Shown in pieces: positions 17,936-31,822 of a stretch of DNA of 64,000 nt. The translations under genes were made by a program, and so were the position numbers. The first letter of the stretch is position 1, and every line of letters starts with the position of its first letter. A model generated the notes under the pieces. It saw nothing but the letters and a program-made list of their open reading frames with translations. It made no database searches and was not told the origin of the DNA. The DNA is from the human T2T-CHM13v2.0 reference genome, Homo sapiens, in the NCBI RefSeq assembly GCF_009914755.1, contig NC_060932.1, one strand, 5' to 3'.

Positions 17936-20812
17936 TATATCAACTCTCTGGCTTTGTGTCATAATCTTATTTGGAGAGACCTTGACCATTTTTTGCTTCC
18001 ACAAGATATCACACTGGTCCATCCATTGCATTGATGACACTATGCTGATTGGATCCAATGAGCAAGAAGTATCAAATGCACTGGACTTATTGGTGAGATA
18101 TTTGGGTGCCAGAGGATAGGAAATAAATCCAACTAAAATTCAGGGAACTTCTACCTCAGTAAAATGTTTAGGGGTCCAGTGGTGTGGGGCCTGTCAAGAT
18201 ATTCCTTCTAAAGTAAGGATAAGTTGTTGCATTTGGCCCCTTCTGCAACCGAGAAAGAGGCACAACACCTAGTGGGCCTATTTGGATTTTGGGGACAACA
18301 CATTCATCATTTCAGTGTGTTACTCCAGCCCATTAATCAAGTGACCCGAAAGGCTGCCAGTTTTGAGTGGGGTCCAGAACAGGAGAAGGCTCTGCAACAG
18401 GTCCAGGCTGTTGAATTTTGGAGCAATGCCCTGCCATCTTCTGCAGATAACATCTCTGCTTTTGAGAGACAGCTCTTGGCGAGTTACTGGACCTTGGTGG
18501 AAACTGCATGTTTGGCTCTGGGTCATCAAGTCACCATGCGACCTGAACTGCCTATAATGAACTGGGTGCTTTCTGACCCATCTAGCCATAAAGTGGTTCA
18601 GGCACAGCAGCATTCCATCATCAAATGTAAGTGGAATACATGTGATCAGGCTCAAGCATGTCCTGAAGGCACAAATAAGTTACATGAGGAAGTGGCTCAA
18701 ATGCGCATGGTCTCCACTCCTGCCACCCTGCCTTCTCTCCCTTAGCCTGCACCGATGGCCTCATGGGAAGTTCCCTATGATCAGTTGACAGAGGAAGAGA
18801 AGACTAGGGCCTGGTTCACAGATGATTCTGCACAATATGCAGGCACCACTCAAAAGTAAACAGCTGCAGCACTACAGCCCCTTTCTAGGACATCCCTGAA
18901 GGACAGCAGTGAAGGCAAATCTTCCCACTGGGCAGAACTTCCAGCAGTGCACCTGGTTGTGCACTTTACATGGAAGAAATAACCAGATGTGTGATTATAT
19001 ACTGATTCATGCGCTGTAGTCAATGGTTTGGCTGGATGGTCAGGGACTTGGAAGAAGCATGATTGGAAAATTGGTGACAAACAAATTTAGGGAAGAGGTA
19101 TGTGGATGAACCTCTCTGAGTGGTCAAAACTGTGAAGATATTTGTATCCCATGTGAGTGCTCACCAACAGGTGACCATAGTGGAGGAGGAGTTTAATAAT
19201 CAAGTGGATAGGATGACCCGTTTTGTAGACACCACTCAGCCTCTTTCCCCAGCCACCCCTGTCATCGCCCAATGGGCCCATGAACAAAGTGGCCATGGTG
19301 GCAGGGATGGAGGTTACACATGGGCTCAGCAACATGGACTTCCGCTCACCAAGCCAACCTGGCTACAGCCACTGTTGACTGCCTAATTTGCCAACAGCAG
19401 AGACCAACACCGAGCCCTTGATATGGCACCATTTCTTGGTGTGATCAGCCAGCTACCTAGTGGCAGGTTGATTATACTGGACCTCTTCCATCATGGAAAG
19501 GGCAGAGGTTTGTCCTCACTGTAATAGACACTTACTTTGGATATGGGTTTTCCTATCCTGCAAGCAATGCTTCTGCCAAGACTACCATCCATGGACTCAC
19601 AGCATGCCTTATCCACCATCATGGTATTCCACACAGAATTTCTTCTGACCGAGGCACTCACTTTCTGCTAAAGAAGTGTGGCAGTGTGCTCATGCTCATG
19701 GAATTCACTGGTCTTACCATGTTCCCCATCATCCTAACGCAGCTGGATTGATAGAACGGTGGAATGGCCTTTTGAAGTCACAATTACAATGCCAACTAAG
19801 CAACAATACTTTGCAGGGCTGGGGCAAAGTTCTCCAGAAAGCTGTGCATGCTCTAAATCAATGTCCAATATACGGTACCGTTTCTCCCATAGCCAAGATG
19901 CACAGGTTCAGGAATCAAGGGGTGGAAGTGGAAGTGGCGCCACTCACCATCACCCCTAGTGATCCACTAGCAAAAATTTGCTTCCTGTTCCCACAACATT
20001 ATGTTCTGCTGGCCTAGAGGTCTTAGCTCCAGAGGGAGGAATGCTGCCACCAGGAGACACAACAATTCCATTAAACTGGAAGTTAAGATTGCCACCTGCA
20101 CACTTTGACTCCTCCTACCTTTAAGTCAACAGGCTGAGAAGGGAGTTACAGTGTTGCATGAGGTGATTGATCCGGACTATCAAGATGAAAACTGTCTACT
20201 ACTCTGTAATGGAGGTAAGGAAGAGTATGCATAGAACACAGGAGATTCACTAGGGCATCTCTCAGTATTAACATGCCCTGTGATTAAGGTCAATGGGAAA
20301 CTGCAACAGCTCAGTCCAGGCAGGAGTACAAATGGTCAAGACACTTCAGGAATGAAGGTTTGGGTCACTCCACCAGGAAAAAAACCATGACCTGCTGAGG
20401 TGCTTGCTGAAGGCAAAGGGAATACAGAATGGGTAGTAGAAGAAGATAGTCATCAATACCAGCTACAACCATGTGACCAGCTCCAGAAATGAGGACTATA
20501 ATGGTCATGAGTATTTCCTCCTTCTTTTGTTAAAAACTTGTTTGTTCATGTATACACTTGTACTAAGAAAATATCCTCATTTTATTTCCTTTTCCTTTAT
20601 CATGTGACATAAGATTTACTGACTTCATATCAGCATTTAAGTATTGTTAACTTTATGTAATAGTATTTGGGTTGGGGATTGGTGAGTTTCCTGTTGTATG
20701 AAGGATAGTTGTGTTATGTTAGGCATAATTATGACCTCATTATTTTCTTAATTTGAAGATTATGTATGATCTCAGGAGATATGTATGGGTTTGAGTTGAC
20801 AAGAGGTGGATT
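17936..20812 (+). mobile_element. HERV-L internal region, 3' half (RT C-terminal part, RNase H, integrase, dUTPase; decayed)
   Basis: HCIDD (degenerate YIDD) near 18024-18038. Peptides LVGLFGFW, VSHVSAHQ, WAHEQSGHGGRDG, QVDYTGPLP, GLIERWNGLLK. dUTPase-like LAPEGGMLPPGDTT. Polypurine tract AAGAGGTGGA at 20801-20810. Many stops and frameshifts. Confidence 0.92.
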
Positions 20813-21246
20813 TGTGATGATTAATACTGAGTGTCAACTTGATTGGATTGAGGGATACAAAGTATTAATCCTGGGTGTGTCTGTGTGAGTGTTGCCAAAA
20901 GAGATTAACATTTGAGTCAGTGGGCTGGGGAAGGCAAATCCACTTTTAATCTGGTGGGCACAATCTAATCAGCTTCCAGCAAATATAAAGCAGGCGGAAA
21001 AATGTGAAAAAGAGAGAGATGGGCCTAGCCTCTCAGCCTACATCTTTCTTCCATGCTGGATGCTTCCTGCCCTCGAACATCAGACTCCAAGTTTTTCAGT
21101 TCTGGGACTTGGACTGGCTTTCCTTGCTCCTCAGCTCACAGACAGCCTATTGTGAGACCTTGTGATCATGTAAGTTAATACTTAATAAATTCATATATAT
21201 ATATATATATATGGAATAGGATGTGTATATATATATAGGGAATAGG

Positions 21247-21298
<52 letters not shown>

Positions 21299-21335
21299 CC
21301 TATTAGTTCTGTCCCTCTAAGAGAACACTAATACA
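20813..21335 (+). mobile_element. MLT2A (MLT2A1-like) 3' LTR of HERV-L
   Basis: TGTGATGATTAATACTGAGTGTCAACTTG...CTAATACA termini; internal (TA)n/(CA)n. Confidence 0.92.
21251..21297. repeat. (CA)n microsatellite, about 23 units
   Basis: Uninterrupted AC repeat. Confidence 0.97.
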
Positions 21336-24074
21336 TCTGGCTTGATGCAGATAGGTAAATAGAGCAGTGTATTTATCTCAAACCATCTCTTCTCTTCTCT
21401 CTCTCTCTCTCTCTCTCCCCCTCTATCTCACTCACTCCCTCTCTATACTTCTCTCCCTTCATCAACCTCCCCACCTATGATTGGCACACACTGAAGAGGC
21501 AAAGACTCACCTTTGTCAAGGATCAAGAAGTAGCTCAGCGTTCTGTGAAACACATGGAGATGTGGTTTACCTTGCTGGGGGCTACACAACAGGAGCTCGG
21601 GAGAAAGTTCCCCAGGAGCAGGGTGTTAGGGAGCTGCCAGGCCAAAGCCAAGGCACAAATATAAAACTCACCACTATATCTCCATAGGGACCAGACAGAA
21701 GAGGGATCCCAGTTCTTCAAAGGGGATGAAAGGAAGTCAAACTGAAAAAAATCCCAAGTTAAAAATGTCCATCAGATGTCAAATAATAGCAGCTTCTGAG
21801 CCAAATAGGCTCAAATAGGGCTCCAAATTTTTTATTTGGCTGGCATATACATTGGAATTTTTCTAGTAAATGCCAACATTTAGAAACTGAGATGTTTCAC
21901 ATGAAAATCCAGATTGCAGTTTTCCTAGAAAAATCAGAAGGAAGCTTGCATTCCCACTTAGCAGCATGGCCAGTGAGATGCAGTGGGGCTGCAAACCTGC
22001 CCTACCCCAGACTGCATTGGGTCTCTGTGGTACAATCAAATCACTTGTGTTAATCACCTGGCCCACAGGCATTGAGTTTCAATGCCAGTGTAAGGTTCTT
22101 TGAATCCATGAGTTGGACAAATTGAAGCAGTTACAGGAGTAGAAATGAAGTGGGTAAACACAATGTTTTCATAGAAAACCTAAAAGTTTTGATGAGTCAC
22201 TAGACAACTGCTCAATAGTGTTTTCATAAGTCATTGTCTGCTTTTTATTACCAGTTACAGTGTGTTCATTAATCTCATTCATTGGAGTACGAGATGTTTG
22301 TTTATTCTTTCACTACACAAAGTACCTACTATGAACCAGGCATTGTTGTAGGCTCTAGAAATACTTCAGAAGACAGTCTCTTCTCTTGTAGAGAGAATTC
22401 ATCACCATTTATTGTGGTGAGGTAGATAAGAAACCATCAAGTGTGATTGCATAGACTGATATATGATTTTTAAGCAAATTAAGCCAGAAAATGTGGGGAA
22501 AGGCTACTTTAGATAGGGTTAGTTTTTCCAGTCAACCATTTTTTACCATGTAGAAAATGATAAGACACATACACCTCCCCTCCCCACCCCAAGGTTAAAA
22601 CCCACTTCCTCTCTTCTAGAATGTGTCAAGGGCTAGCTTTACTAACTGCATTTTGCCTTTCAAACCAAAAGATCTATGGTAAGAAGTCAAGTGGAAGGTT
22701 AGGTAATTATACAGACAGCTCCAAGCTTAACTGGGTTGTTTGCCTAAATCCCTTAAGTACCTAGTTAAGAACAGCCCACTTAGTTGATGCAGCTCTAAAT
22801 ATTCCGAAAACATTGTTAACCTCCTGGCTTGCTGCTTAGACAATGAGATCATTTCTCTGATGTGTGGATATTACTTTACCAAGTAACCATGAATGTTTTA
22901 CCCTACTCTCATTTAAATCACTCATTTGCCCATGTGAGAAAATTTTCTCATTAATACAATGAGAAAATGAGGATCATGTAGTAAAATAAACATGATTTTA
23001 ACTGGAGTAATATTTAATATATCTTTGTGGGTTTTTGAGAAATATATAGCATGCAATACATTTCTGAGGCATACTACTTATCTATGGGAATGTTTAAAAT
23101 CTAATTTCATAGAATTGCATCTGAAATCATTTATCTTATTAAAACCATACTAATCACGAAGCCCCTTTAGGCTATTTTTTGTATTTCAGCCAAATATGTC
23201 TCACCAGTAAGTTCTTTTATATCATCATTCAACAGCCTCTTCACTTTATAAAAATAGCCCTCAGCTCCCCAGATACTTATAATCAAAAACTACTTCATTT
23301 TCCCAGATATAGAATTACAATTATTATGATAAGTACAATTAACTAAAAAGTAGTCTTTTTTTCATTATTACATAGCATTACTGCAGAATTTTCTCCTCCA
23401 CCTCAGATTTTTTAAACATAATTATTTGTAAATCTTTGCTCATAGACCAAAATAAGTGAAACCAAAAATTGAGAATGGAGCTTCATAATATTCCTGAAGC
23501 CAAGGGGCATTTTTTTCGCTTGGTTTTCTGAGGAACAAAGGACAATGTATGCATACATACACAAAGAGACACGAAACAGTGTCTGGAAGTTATGCAAGAG
23601 ACCAAAAGCACTGCATAATTGAAGTGATGGCTTCCATATGGCACAGAGATACATATGTCTTCATGACACCAACACAAGCAGTTGGCAAGTGATACAAAGT
23701 CAATGACTGCACTGTTTAGGTATTGTTAAGCAACTCATGATTTGTCTACTAATTAAAGGGATGGAGGTTCTCCATTGTTTTGTTGTAGGGTCACGATTTT
23801 TTTTCACTGTTGTTTTTAAATGAAACTTCCTGGATGCATCAGAGTATTCTGCTACATTCTAAACAGAGCATTCAGGCCACCCATACATTCCTCTCACTCC
23901 TTGATGTACAGCTCGCCAGTCCAAGAACAACTGGACTTCTTTGTATTTAAGAGAGCAATACCAGATGTTCTAACTTTAAAAGGCAGAAATTGTCTCAGGA
24001 TTCTAATTATCAATTCAAACAATACATATTTATACACATATACTTATATAGTAATCACACTTCAAAAGCATAAC

Positions 24075-24639
24075 CTCTATTACAAACATCTTTAATTCAA
24101 AGGAAACAACACATTTTTTCATATTTCAACTTTAATAAAATTCACAGTTCAAATTAATGCAAGTGAAGACAACAAGTTCTAAATAAATGTATTTAAATAT
24201 TAAATAAGAATTATAAAATTTAACTTGGTACACGATGATTTGACAAATATATACTAACAGTCATATACAAAAAAATCATTATTTCTCACTGGCACTCACA
24301 GATATAATTTACACAATTAAATGTTTAATTAGAATGTTAACCATATAAAGAAAATAATATATCTAGTAAAAATAAAATACAATCACACAATTTTTAATAT
24401 CTAATTTTCAATATGCGATTCAAACTCTGTTTTACAAAATTATAAATTACTGTATACACAAAAAGATAAAGCAAGAAAGACTCCATTCTATGACAGGAAA
24501 CAGCTAACCAGTTATTTCTGGGAAGTCTCTTATTTTACTCATCTTAATATCCATAAAAATATAAATTTCATCTTTTTTTACATTTTGCATGATTTGAGGC
24601 ACTTTTTCTTCAAATTAGATGTACATTCTTAGGAAATGT
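24075..24639 (-). other. ALKAL1: ALKAL1 non-coding last exon (AU-rich 3'UTR); 3' end approximate
   Basis: Strong acceptor ctcttcttttacccccacag|ACATTTCC at 24640/24639, downstream of the exon 4 donor. Repeat-free AU-rich sequence with ATTAAA signals at 24136-24131 and 24096-24091. Confidence 0.75.
24091..24096 (-). terminator. ALKAL1: Probable ALKAL1 polyadenylation signal (ATTAAA)
   Basis: Plus-strand tttaat; U/GU-rich sequence follows on the minus strand. A second candidate lies at 24131-24136. Confidence 0.5.
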
Positions 24640-25294
24640 CTGTGGGGGTAAAAGAAGAGCCATATCATTTATGACCTGGTTTTTAGAATACTTATAAATA
24701 TGTACAGTTTCAACAGTTTTATTTTGCTTAAAGACTCTGTGGACTCCTAATTTACAGTCTAATCCTGAGAATGCAGACTAATGTGTGTGCAGAGGGGCAG
24801 GAAGGTTGATCAGCACTTTTAGAGACTTTAATTATTGATTTTTCCCTTAAAGATTTATGATATCTAGACATACCAAAACAGAAAAGAACTTGACATCTTG
24901 TAAACAACTCATTAAATATCCCTAACATTTATTAATCTGTAGTATTGATTGTAAACCTTATTAAATAAATAATTCAAAACAGATACTATCACAGATAACT
25001 CCTATAGAGAGAAATCACTAAGTCTCTAAAATCTATAATTTTTAAAAGTCATGTTTATCAGCTCTGTCTTCTATGATCTAGCCCAGGAGAATGTAAATTT
25101 GTGTACATTATCTTAAATTATAACACAGTACTTGTTTGGGAAAACTTTTCCAGTATTGTGTTGTTTGAGGACTTTAGGTAAATTTACTCATTTACATGGA
25201 ATATATTAAAAACAAAGAAAGAGATAAACATAACTTGGTTTAGGTCATTTCAATAACCAAGTGAATTATCTTGATTCATGTTTTGCATTGTTCA

Positions 25295-25708
<414 letters not shown>

Positions 25709-25881
25709 TTAATCTAAAAAAAATTGTTTTCAATTTAGCAACTGTAGATATGCAGAACTAACAGTTCTAATTATTATCATTAATGTGTAATAATCACTTT
25801 TAAAATAAGACTAAGTATAGCAACAGTGATAGGTCAAGATTGTCTCAGTAATTGTCACAACAAAACTGTGAGATAGTTTAA

Positions 25882-26310
<429 letters not shown>

Positions 26311-27061
26311 TGAGGAACCCGTTTCCTTAAAAGGACTTGTCCATGGTACTGAAATGCTGACCCAAAAAAAGTTGACTTGGTACTACACTGCAAAAGAACT
26401 ACTGATTAAAGAAATATTTGAAAAGAAATAAGTACCTTTCAGTATTTTGTATAGATTCTACTTTTTTAAATAAATGTTACAATTTACATTCAATTTATTT
26501 AGGATCGTACAAATACTCTATTGCCCAAGGGCTCCTACGATAAATTAGCCAGAATGAAAATTCTGACTTACCATTTCACTCTTGTAAAGTAATAGGCTAG
26601 AGCAAGAAATAACTACATGTTCATTATCTTTTTTATTCTTTGCTTTTTCTCTTATTATTACAATATCTTCTCTCTGTTTCCTACCTACAGTACCAAAACT
26701 GTACCGAAGTTTTAAGACCTGGTTTCTTTTTTATTATCTATTTTGGACAGTTAAAAAATAGAACATCTAAGTACTTTTGTTAATCTAATGCCTATCTGCG
26801 TAATGTTTCTGCATAATCATAAAATAACACTAAATGCTGAAAGATTTTTGGAAATCACTCAGGGCTGGTAAGGTTGTCAAAAAACTATTTTAATTCAATC
26901 ACTGTTGAGGATATTTTAAACTAATTCATTAAAACGGTCTTTTCATTTGGACCGAGTTTTAACATTTAGTGAAAAATCCATAGATTAAGTTCATGGGTAT
27001 TGCTAAAATAGGCTTCCTGGCTTCTGACATTATTCAAACATTTTCTTAAGAAAATTAGGCT

Positions 27062-28410
27062 ATTAACAGAGTGAAGAGACAACATGTAGAATGAGAGAAA
27101 AGATTTGCAAACCATTCACCTGACAAGGGACTAATATCCAGAGTATACAAACAATTAAACAGCAAAAAACAGATAATCTGATTTAAAAGAGGGCAAGGTA
27201 TCTGAATAAACATTTCTCAAAAGAAGACATACAAAAGTCTAACAAATATATGAAAAAAATGCTAAACATCACTAATCATCAGGAAAATGCAAATCATAAC
27301 CATGATGAGATATCATCTCACTTCAGTTAGAATGGCTATTGTCAAAAAGACAAAAAAATAAATGCTAGTGAGGAGCAGAGAAAAAGGAACCTTTATATAC
27401 TGTTGGTGGGAATGTAAATTAGTACAGCCATTATGAACAACAGTATGGAAGTTTCTCAAGAACAAAACTAAAAATGGAACTACCATATGACCCCAAAATC
27501 CCACTACTGGGTATTTATCCAAAGGAAAGGAAATCAGTATATCAAAGGGATACCTGCACCCCCATGTTTACTGCAGTACTATCCACAATAGCCAAGATAG
27601 GCAATCAAACTAAATGTCCATCAATGGATGAATGGATAAAGAAAATGTGTATATACACAACGGAATACTATTCAGCCATAAAAAGAATGAAATGCTATCA
27701 TTCTAGGCAGCATGGATGAAGCTGGAGGACATCATGTTAAGTGAAGTAAGTCAGGCACAGAAAGATAAATATTCTCACTCATATGAGGGAGCTAAAAAAA
27801 AAAAAGCTCATAGAAGTAGAGAGTAGAATGTTGGGTATTAGAAACTAAAGAGGGCCAGGCACGGTGGCTCACGCTTGTAATCCCAGCAGTTTGGGAGGCT
27901 GAGGTGGGCGGATCACTTGAGGTCAGGAGTTTGAGACCAGCTTGGCCAACATGGTAAACCCTGTCTCTACTAAAAATACAAAAATTAGCCGGGCATGGTG
28001 GCACGTGCCTGTAGTCCCAGCTACTTGAGAGGCTGAGGCAGGAGAATCGCTTGAACCTGGAAGGCGGAGATTGCAGAGATCGCGCCACTGCACTCCAGCC
28101 TGGCGACAGAGCGAGACTCTGCCTCCGAAAAAAAAAAAAAAGGCTAAAGAGGAGTGGGGAGGCGCAGCTTGGTTAGTGAATATGAACTACAGCGAGACAT
28201 GAGGAACGGGTTCTGGGGCTCTGCAGCACTGTAGGGTGAATCTGGTTAACCATAATTCATTGTATATTTTTTTAAAGCTGCAAAAGAAGGTTTTGAATGC
28301 TCACAATATAAAAAAGAATAAATGTTTGAGGCATACAAGTATCAAAATGTAACACTGTACCCCATAAATATGTACAATCATTATGTGTCAACTAAAAAGA
28401 AAAGGAAAAA
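27062..28410 (+). mobile_element. Old L1 (L1MA-like) 3' end, interrupted by an Alu
   Basis: ORF2 C-terminal peptide [17 protein letters not shown]...CPSMDEWIKK, then L1M 3'UTR and A-rich end. Confidence 0.88.
27853..28141 (+). mobile_element. AluS inside L1
   Basis: Full Alu; flanking duplication CTAAAGAG. Confidence 0.92.
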
Positions 28411-28480
28411 ATGTTTAAAAATAAAGTTAGACTATTAAACAGGATAAGAAAAATAAATATATACTCACAGGGTAGTTTTG

Positions 28481-28545
28481 CTAGGTCTGGGAGCACAGTG
28501 GACTCACTGCTAATCTTGTTAACAATCTAGCACATCTTTTGTAAT
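28481..28545 (-). CDS. ALKAL1: ALKAL1 coding exon 4 (YYKRCARLLTRLAVSPLCSQT-stop); exon continues 12 nt as 3'UTR to 28469
   Basis: Acceptor tttttcctag|ATTACAAA, TAG at 28483-28481, donor CCCT|gtgagt at 28469/28468. Total CDS 190+54+81+65=390 nt = 129 aa with four Cys (90, 104, 113, 126). Confidence 0.97.
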
Positions 28546-28632
28546 CTAGGAAAAACATTTAAAGGTAAATTATATATAGAGTTACTAGAAATGTTGGGGA
28601 AATCCTGTTATTATTGTCACTAATTCATATAA

Positions 28633-28830
28633 CAATAACTACAGTTTAATAAATACCTACTATGTTAAGTGCTGAAAATGGATTTTCTCATCAATTCTTT
28701 CAATAACACAATCGGGAAGGTGCTATTCCTATCTTCACTTTAGAGATGAGACAAGAGCCTCAAAATGTTAATTAATTACCCCATAACTAGTCAAAAGCTT
28801 TATCCCAAAGCACGTGCTTTCTCCACCATG
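28633..28830 (-). mobile_element. MIR fragment
   Basis: CTCATCAATTCTTCAATAAC..CCTATCTTCACTTTAGAGATGAG motif. Confidence 0.55.
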
Positions 28831-28934
28831 CTTGGCTACCATTAGTCATTCTGCCTGTAATCCAATGTGATTAAATTTCTCTAGCCATTTAATACAAGTT
28901 GTTTTGTTTTATTTTATTTTATTTTGGAATTTTA

Positions 28935-29129
28935 ATTTATTTATTTACTTATTTATTTATTTATTTATTTAGAAGCCGGGTTGTAAGACTGGCTAATTTT
29001 TGTATTTTTGGTAGAGACAGGGTTTCACCATGTTGCCAAGGCTTGTCTCAAACGCCTGAGCTCAAGCGATCCGCTTGCCTCGGCCTCCCAAAGTGCTGGG
29101 ATTACAGTCGTGAGCCAACACTCCTGGCC
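28935..29129 (-). mobile_element. Short Alu: left monomer plus linker, about 20 nt non-Alu segment, then (TAAA)n tail
   Basis: Minus strand reads GGCCAGGAGTGTTGGCTCAC...AAAAATACAAAAATTAGCC-AGTCTTACAACCCGGCTTCT-AAATAAATAAA. Confidence 0.85.
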
Positions 29130-29869
29130 TTTTGTTTAAAAGTTGTTTTTGAAAAAAATTATAACAAATACAACTTAACATGCTGAGTAAAAGTCAATAT
29201 TCCTCAAGATGAGCAATCTAGTTAAAAAGAAACAAAATGCTTAGAATTCATGTTCTTTAAAAGGAAAGTTGAGGCTTAGAAAGGAATTTAAAAACAGCGA
29301 ACTGAGTTACCACACATAGTCATAATTTCGGCACTTCAAATGAGAGCACTTAAATATTATGTTTAGAATTATTATTAACTTCAGTAACTTAAGTATCCAA
29401 AAGAATTCATTATAGCAACCTTTACATGCTATCATTACTCAGAAAAATCCAGCACCATTATATAAATGATGTGCTATAAAAAATATTTACTTTAAAATAA
29501 CTTATGAAAAAATTTTTACTTAGAGTTCACAGTCATCTCATTTTTTTCATTTATTTGAGACAGCACCCTATTTATGCCAAGGAATTCGAATCATGATAAA
29601 ATGTTTAAATCCTAACAAACACTTTAGTCTTTAAGGAAATCTGGCTATTATCAGATTTGAGTAGATTCCCAATTAGAATGTGGTTTCATTCCTTACAGTG
29701 GCAACAGTACACACAAACCTTAGGTTCTGTCAGTGTTCTAAATCAGTGTTATAAATAGAATCTCAATGTTTAGTCTACTACTTCCCACCCACAGACATTT
29801 GAAGTTTAAAATTAAACGCATTTATTGTTGGATAATTAAAAAAAAAAAAAACCCACCCAAGTTACTTAC

Positions 29870-29950
29870 AAGCTGGCGTTGAGCACTCCCTGGTATTGTA
29901 ATAGAGTCGGTGGAAATGTTTGCTGCATTCTGGTGAAAATGTGACCGGCC
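29870..29950 (-). CDS. ALKAL1: ALKAL1 coding exon 3 ([27 protein letters not shown])
   Basis: Acceptor tgtgctctag|GGCCGG, donor GCTT|gtaagt. 81 nt, phase 1-1; encodes Cys90 and Cys104. Confidence 0.97.
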
Positions 29951-30446
29951 CTAGAGCACAGGAAAAGAATGCTTATTATAAACATAGGCATGTTTTCCAA
30001 ACAAATTTCCTAGCACTTTATGGGTGGATATAATACAACAGCACTTTACATCCTTCCATACCCTTAAAAGAACGTGCCTGAGAGCTCTTCCCCCTACCCA
30101 GGCTCTGTGGGAGGTAGAGTTGTGGTCTATGAAAAATAATCTAAATTCATTCCATGTTCTCGATATCTCAAATAATGGAATCTTCACATTTAGGAGAACT
30201 GTCTAGAAAAATTAGAAGGAAAAAGCTCTGGACAGAAAATAAAAAGTCTGTAGTGAGCAAATTGAGTGGACAAGAAGTACAAACAATAAGTATCTTTGGT
30301 TTCTACTTTCTGTTTTTATTTAATAGCAATTAATGTTTACATGCCAAGACATTTATTCCATTTTCTAATTATAATAATTTGTGTCTTATTACTGTCTAGG
30401 ATAATTGTAAAATGAGCAGGGCCTTGAGAAGTCCCTTGTCTCTCCC

Positions 30447-30480
30447 TTTTAAATCCAAGGTGGGCCCCTTGGATTTAAAA
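30447..30480. repeat. Inverted repeat, 14-bp arms, 6-nt spacer
   Basis: TTTTAAATCCAAGG-tgggcc-CCTTGGATTTAAAA. Confidence 0.95.
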
Positions 30481-30489
30481 ACTTTCATC

Positions 30490-30808
30490 CCGGATGGCTC
30501 GTGTCTGTAATCCCAGCACTTTGGGAGGCCAAGGCAGGAGGATCACTTGAGCCCAGGAGTTCAAGAACAGCCTAAGCACCATAGCAAGACCCTGTTTCTA
30601 CAAAAAATAAAAATGAAAAATGAGCCAGGCATGGCGGCACACGCCTGTAGTCCCACCTCAGTTACTCTAGAGCCTGAGGCAGGAGGATCCTTGAGCCCAG
30701 GAGATGGAGGCTGCAGTGAGCTATGACTGCACCATTGCACTCCAGCCTGAGCAACAGAGTGAGACCCCATCTCTTAAAAAAAATACACATACAACAACAA
30801 CAACAAAA
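30490..30808 (+). mobile_element. AluJ (intron 2)
   Basis: J-type dimeric Alu with a degenerate (CAA)n tail. Confidence 0.88.
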
Positions 30809-31232
30809 TGTTCATCCCTCCCTCCCTCTGGAGTCTGCTTCTCGTGGGGTCTACGGTCATGTCGCTCACAACTGCCTCGAAAGGCTCAACATCCTCACAC
30901 ATCCCTGTGCCCTGCAGGTGCATCTCCACTTGATCCTCAGGACCATCCTTTCCGTTAATAAACAGGTAGGGCCCTTGGACTTGACTAAGTGGGCAAACCA
31001 CATCTTTCCCACATTACAGGCCTGAGGTGTAAAACAAGAAAAAAGTAGCTGGGATGACTGGGAACAGAGAGGCAATGCCAATAGTAAATATGGGGATGTA
31101 CTGTTTAAAATAATTCAGTGATTTGCTAGAAATTGGGACATAGGACAATGTGCAAATGATTCACAAAGTTGATATGAAGAACCAAATAGTGTCATGGCAC
31201 AGTATTTATCTGTGCTCAAGATGTGGCAGGTG

Positions 31233-31822
<590 letters not shown>

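Noticed and set aside
18224-20017. Domesticated HERV-L pol/integrase gene
   Set aside because: Fragmented by stops, frameshifts and a deletion; YIDD mutated.
22550-24050. Repeat-poor stretch downstream of ALKAL1, possible enhancer or extended 3'UTR
   Set aside because: No diagnostic motif or coding signal; conservation data would be needed.
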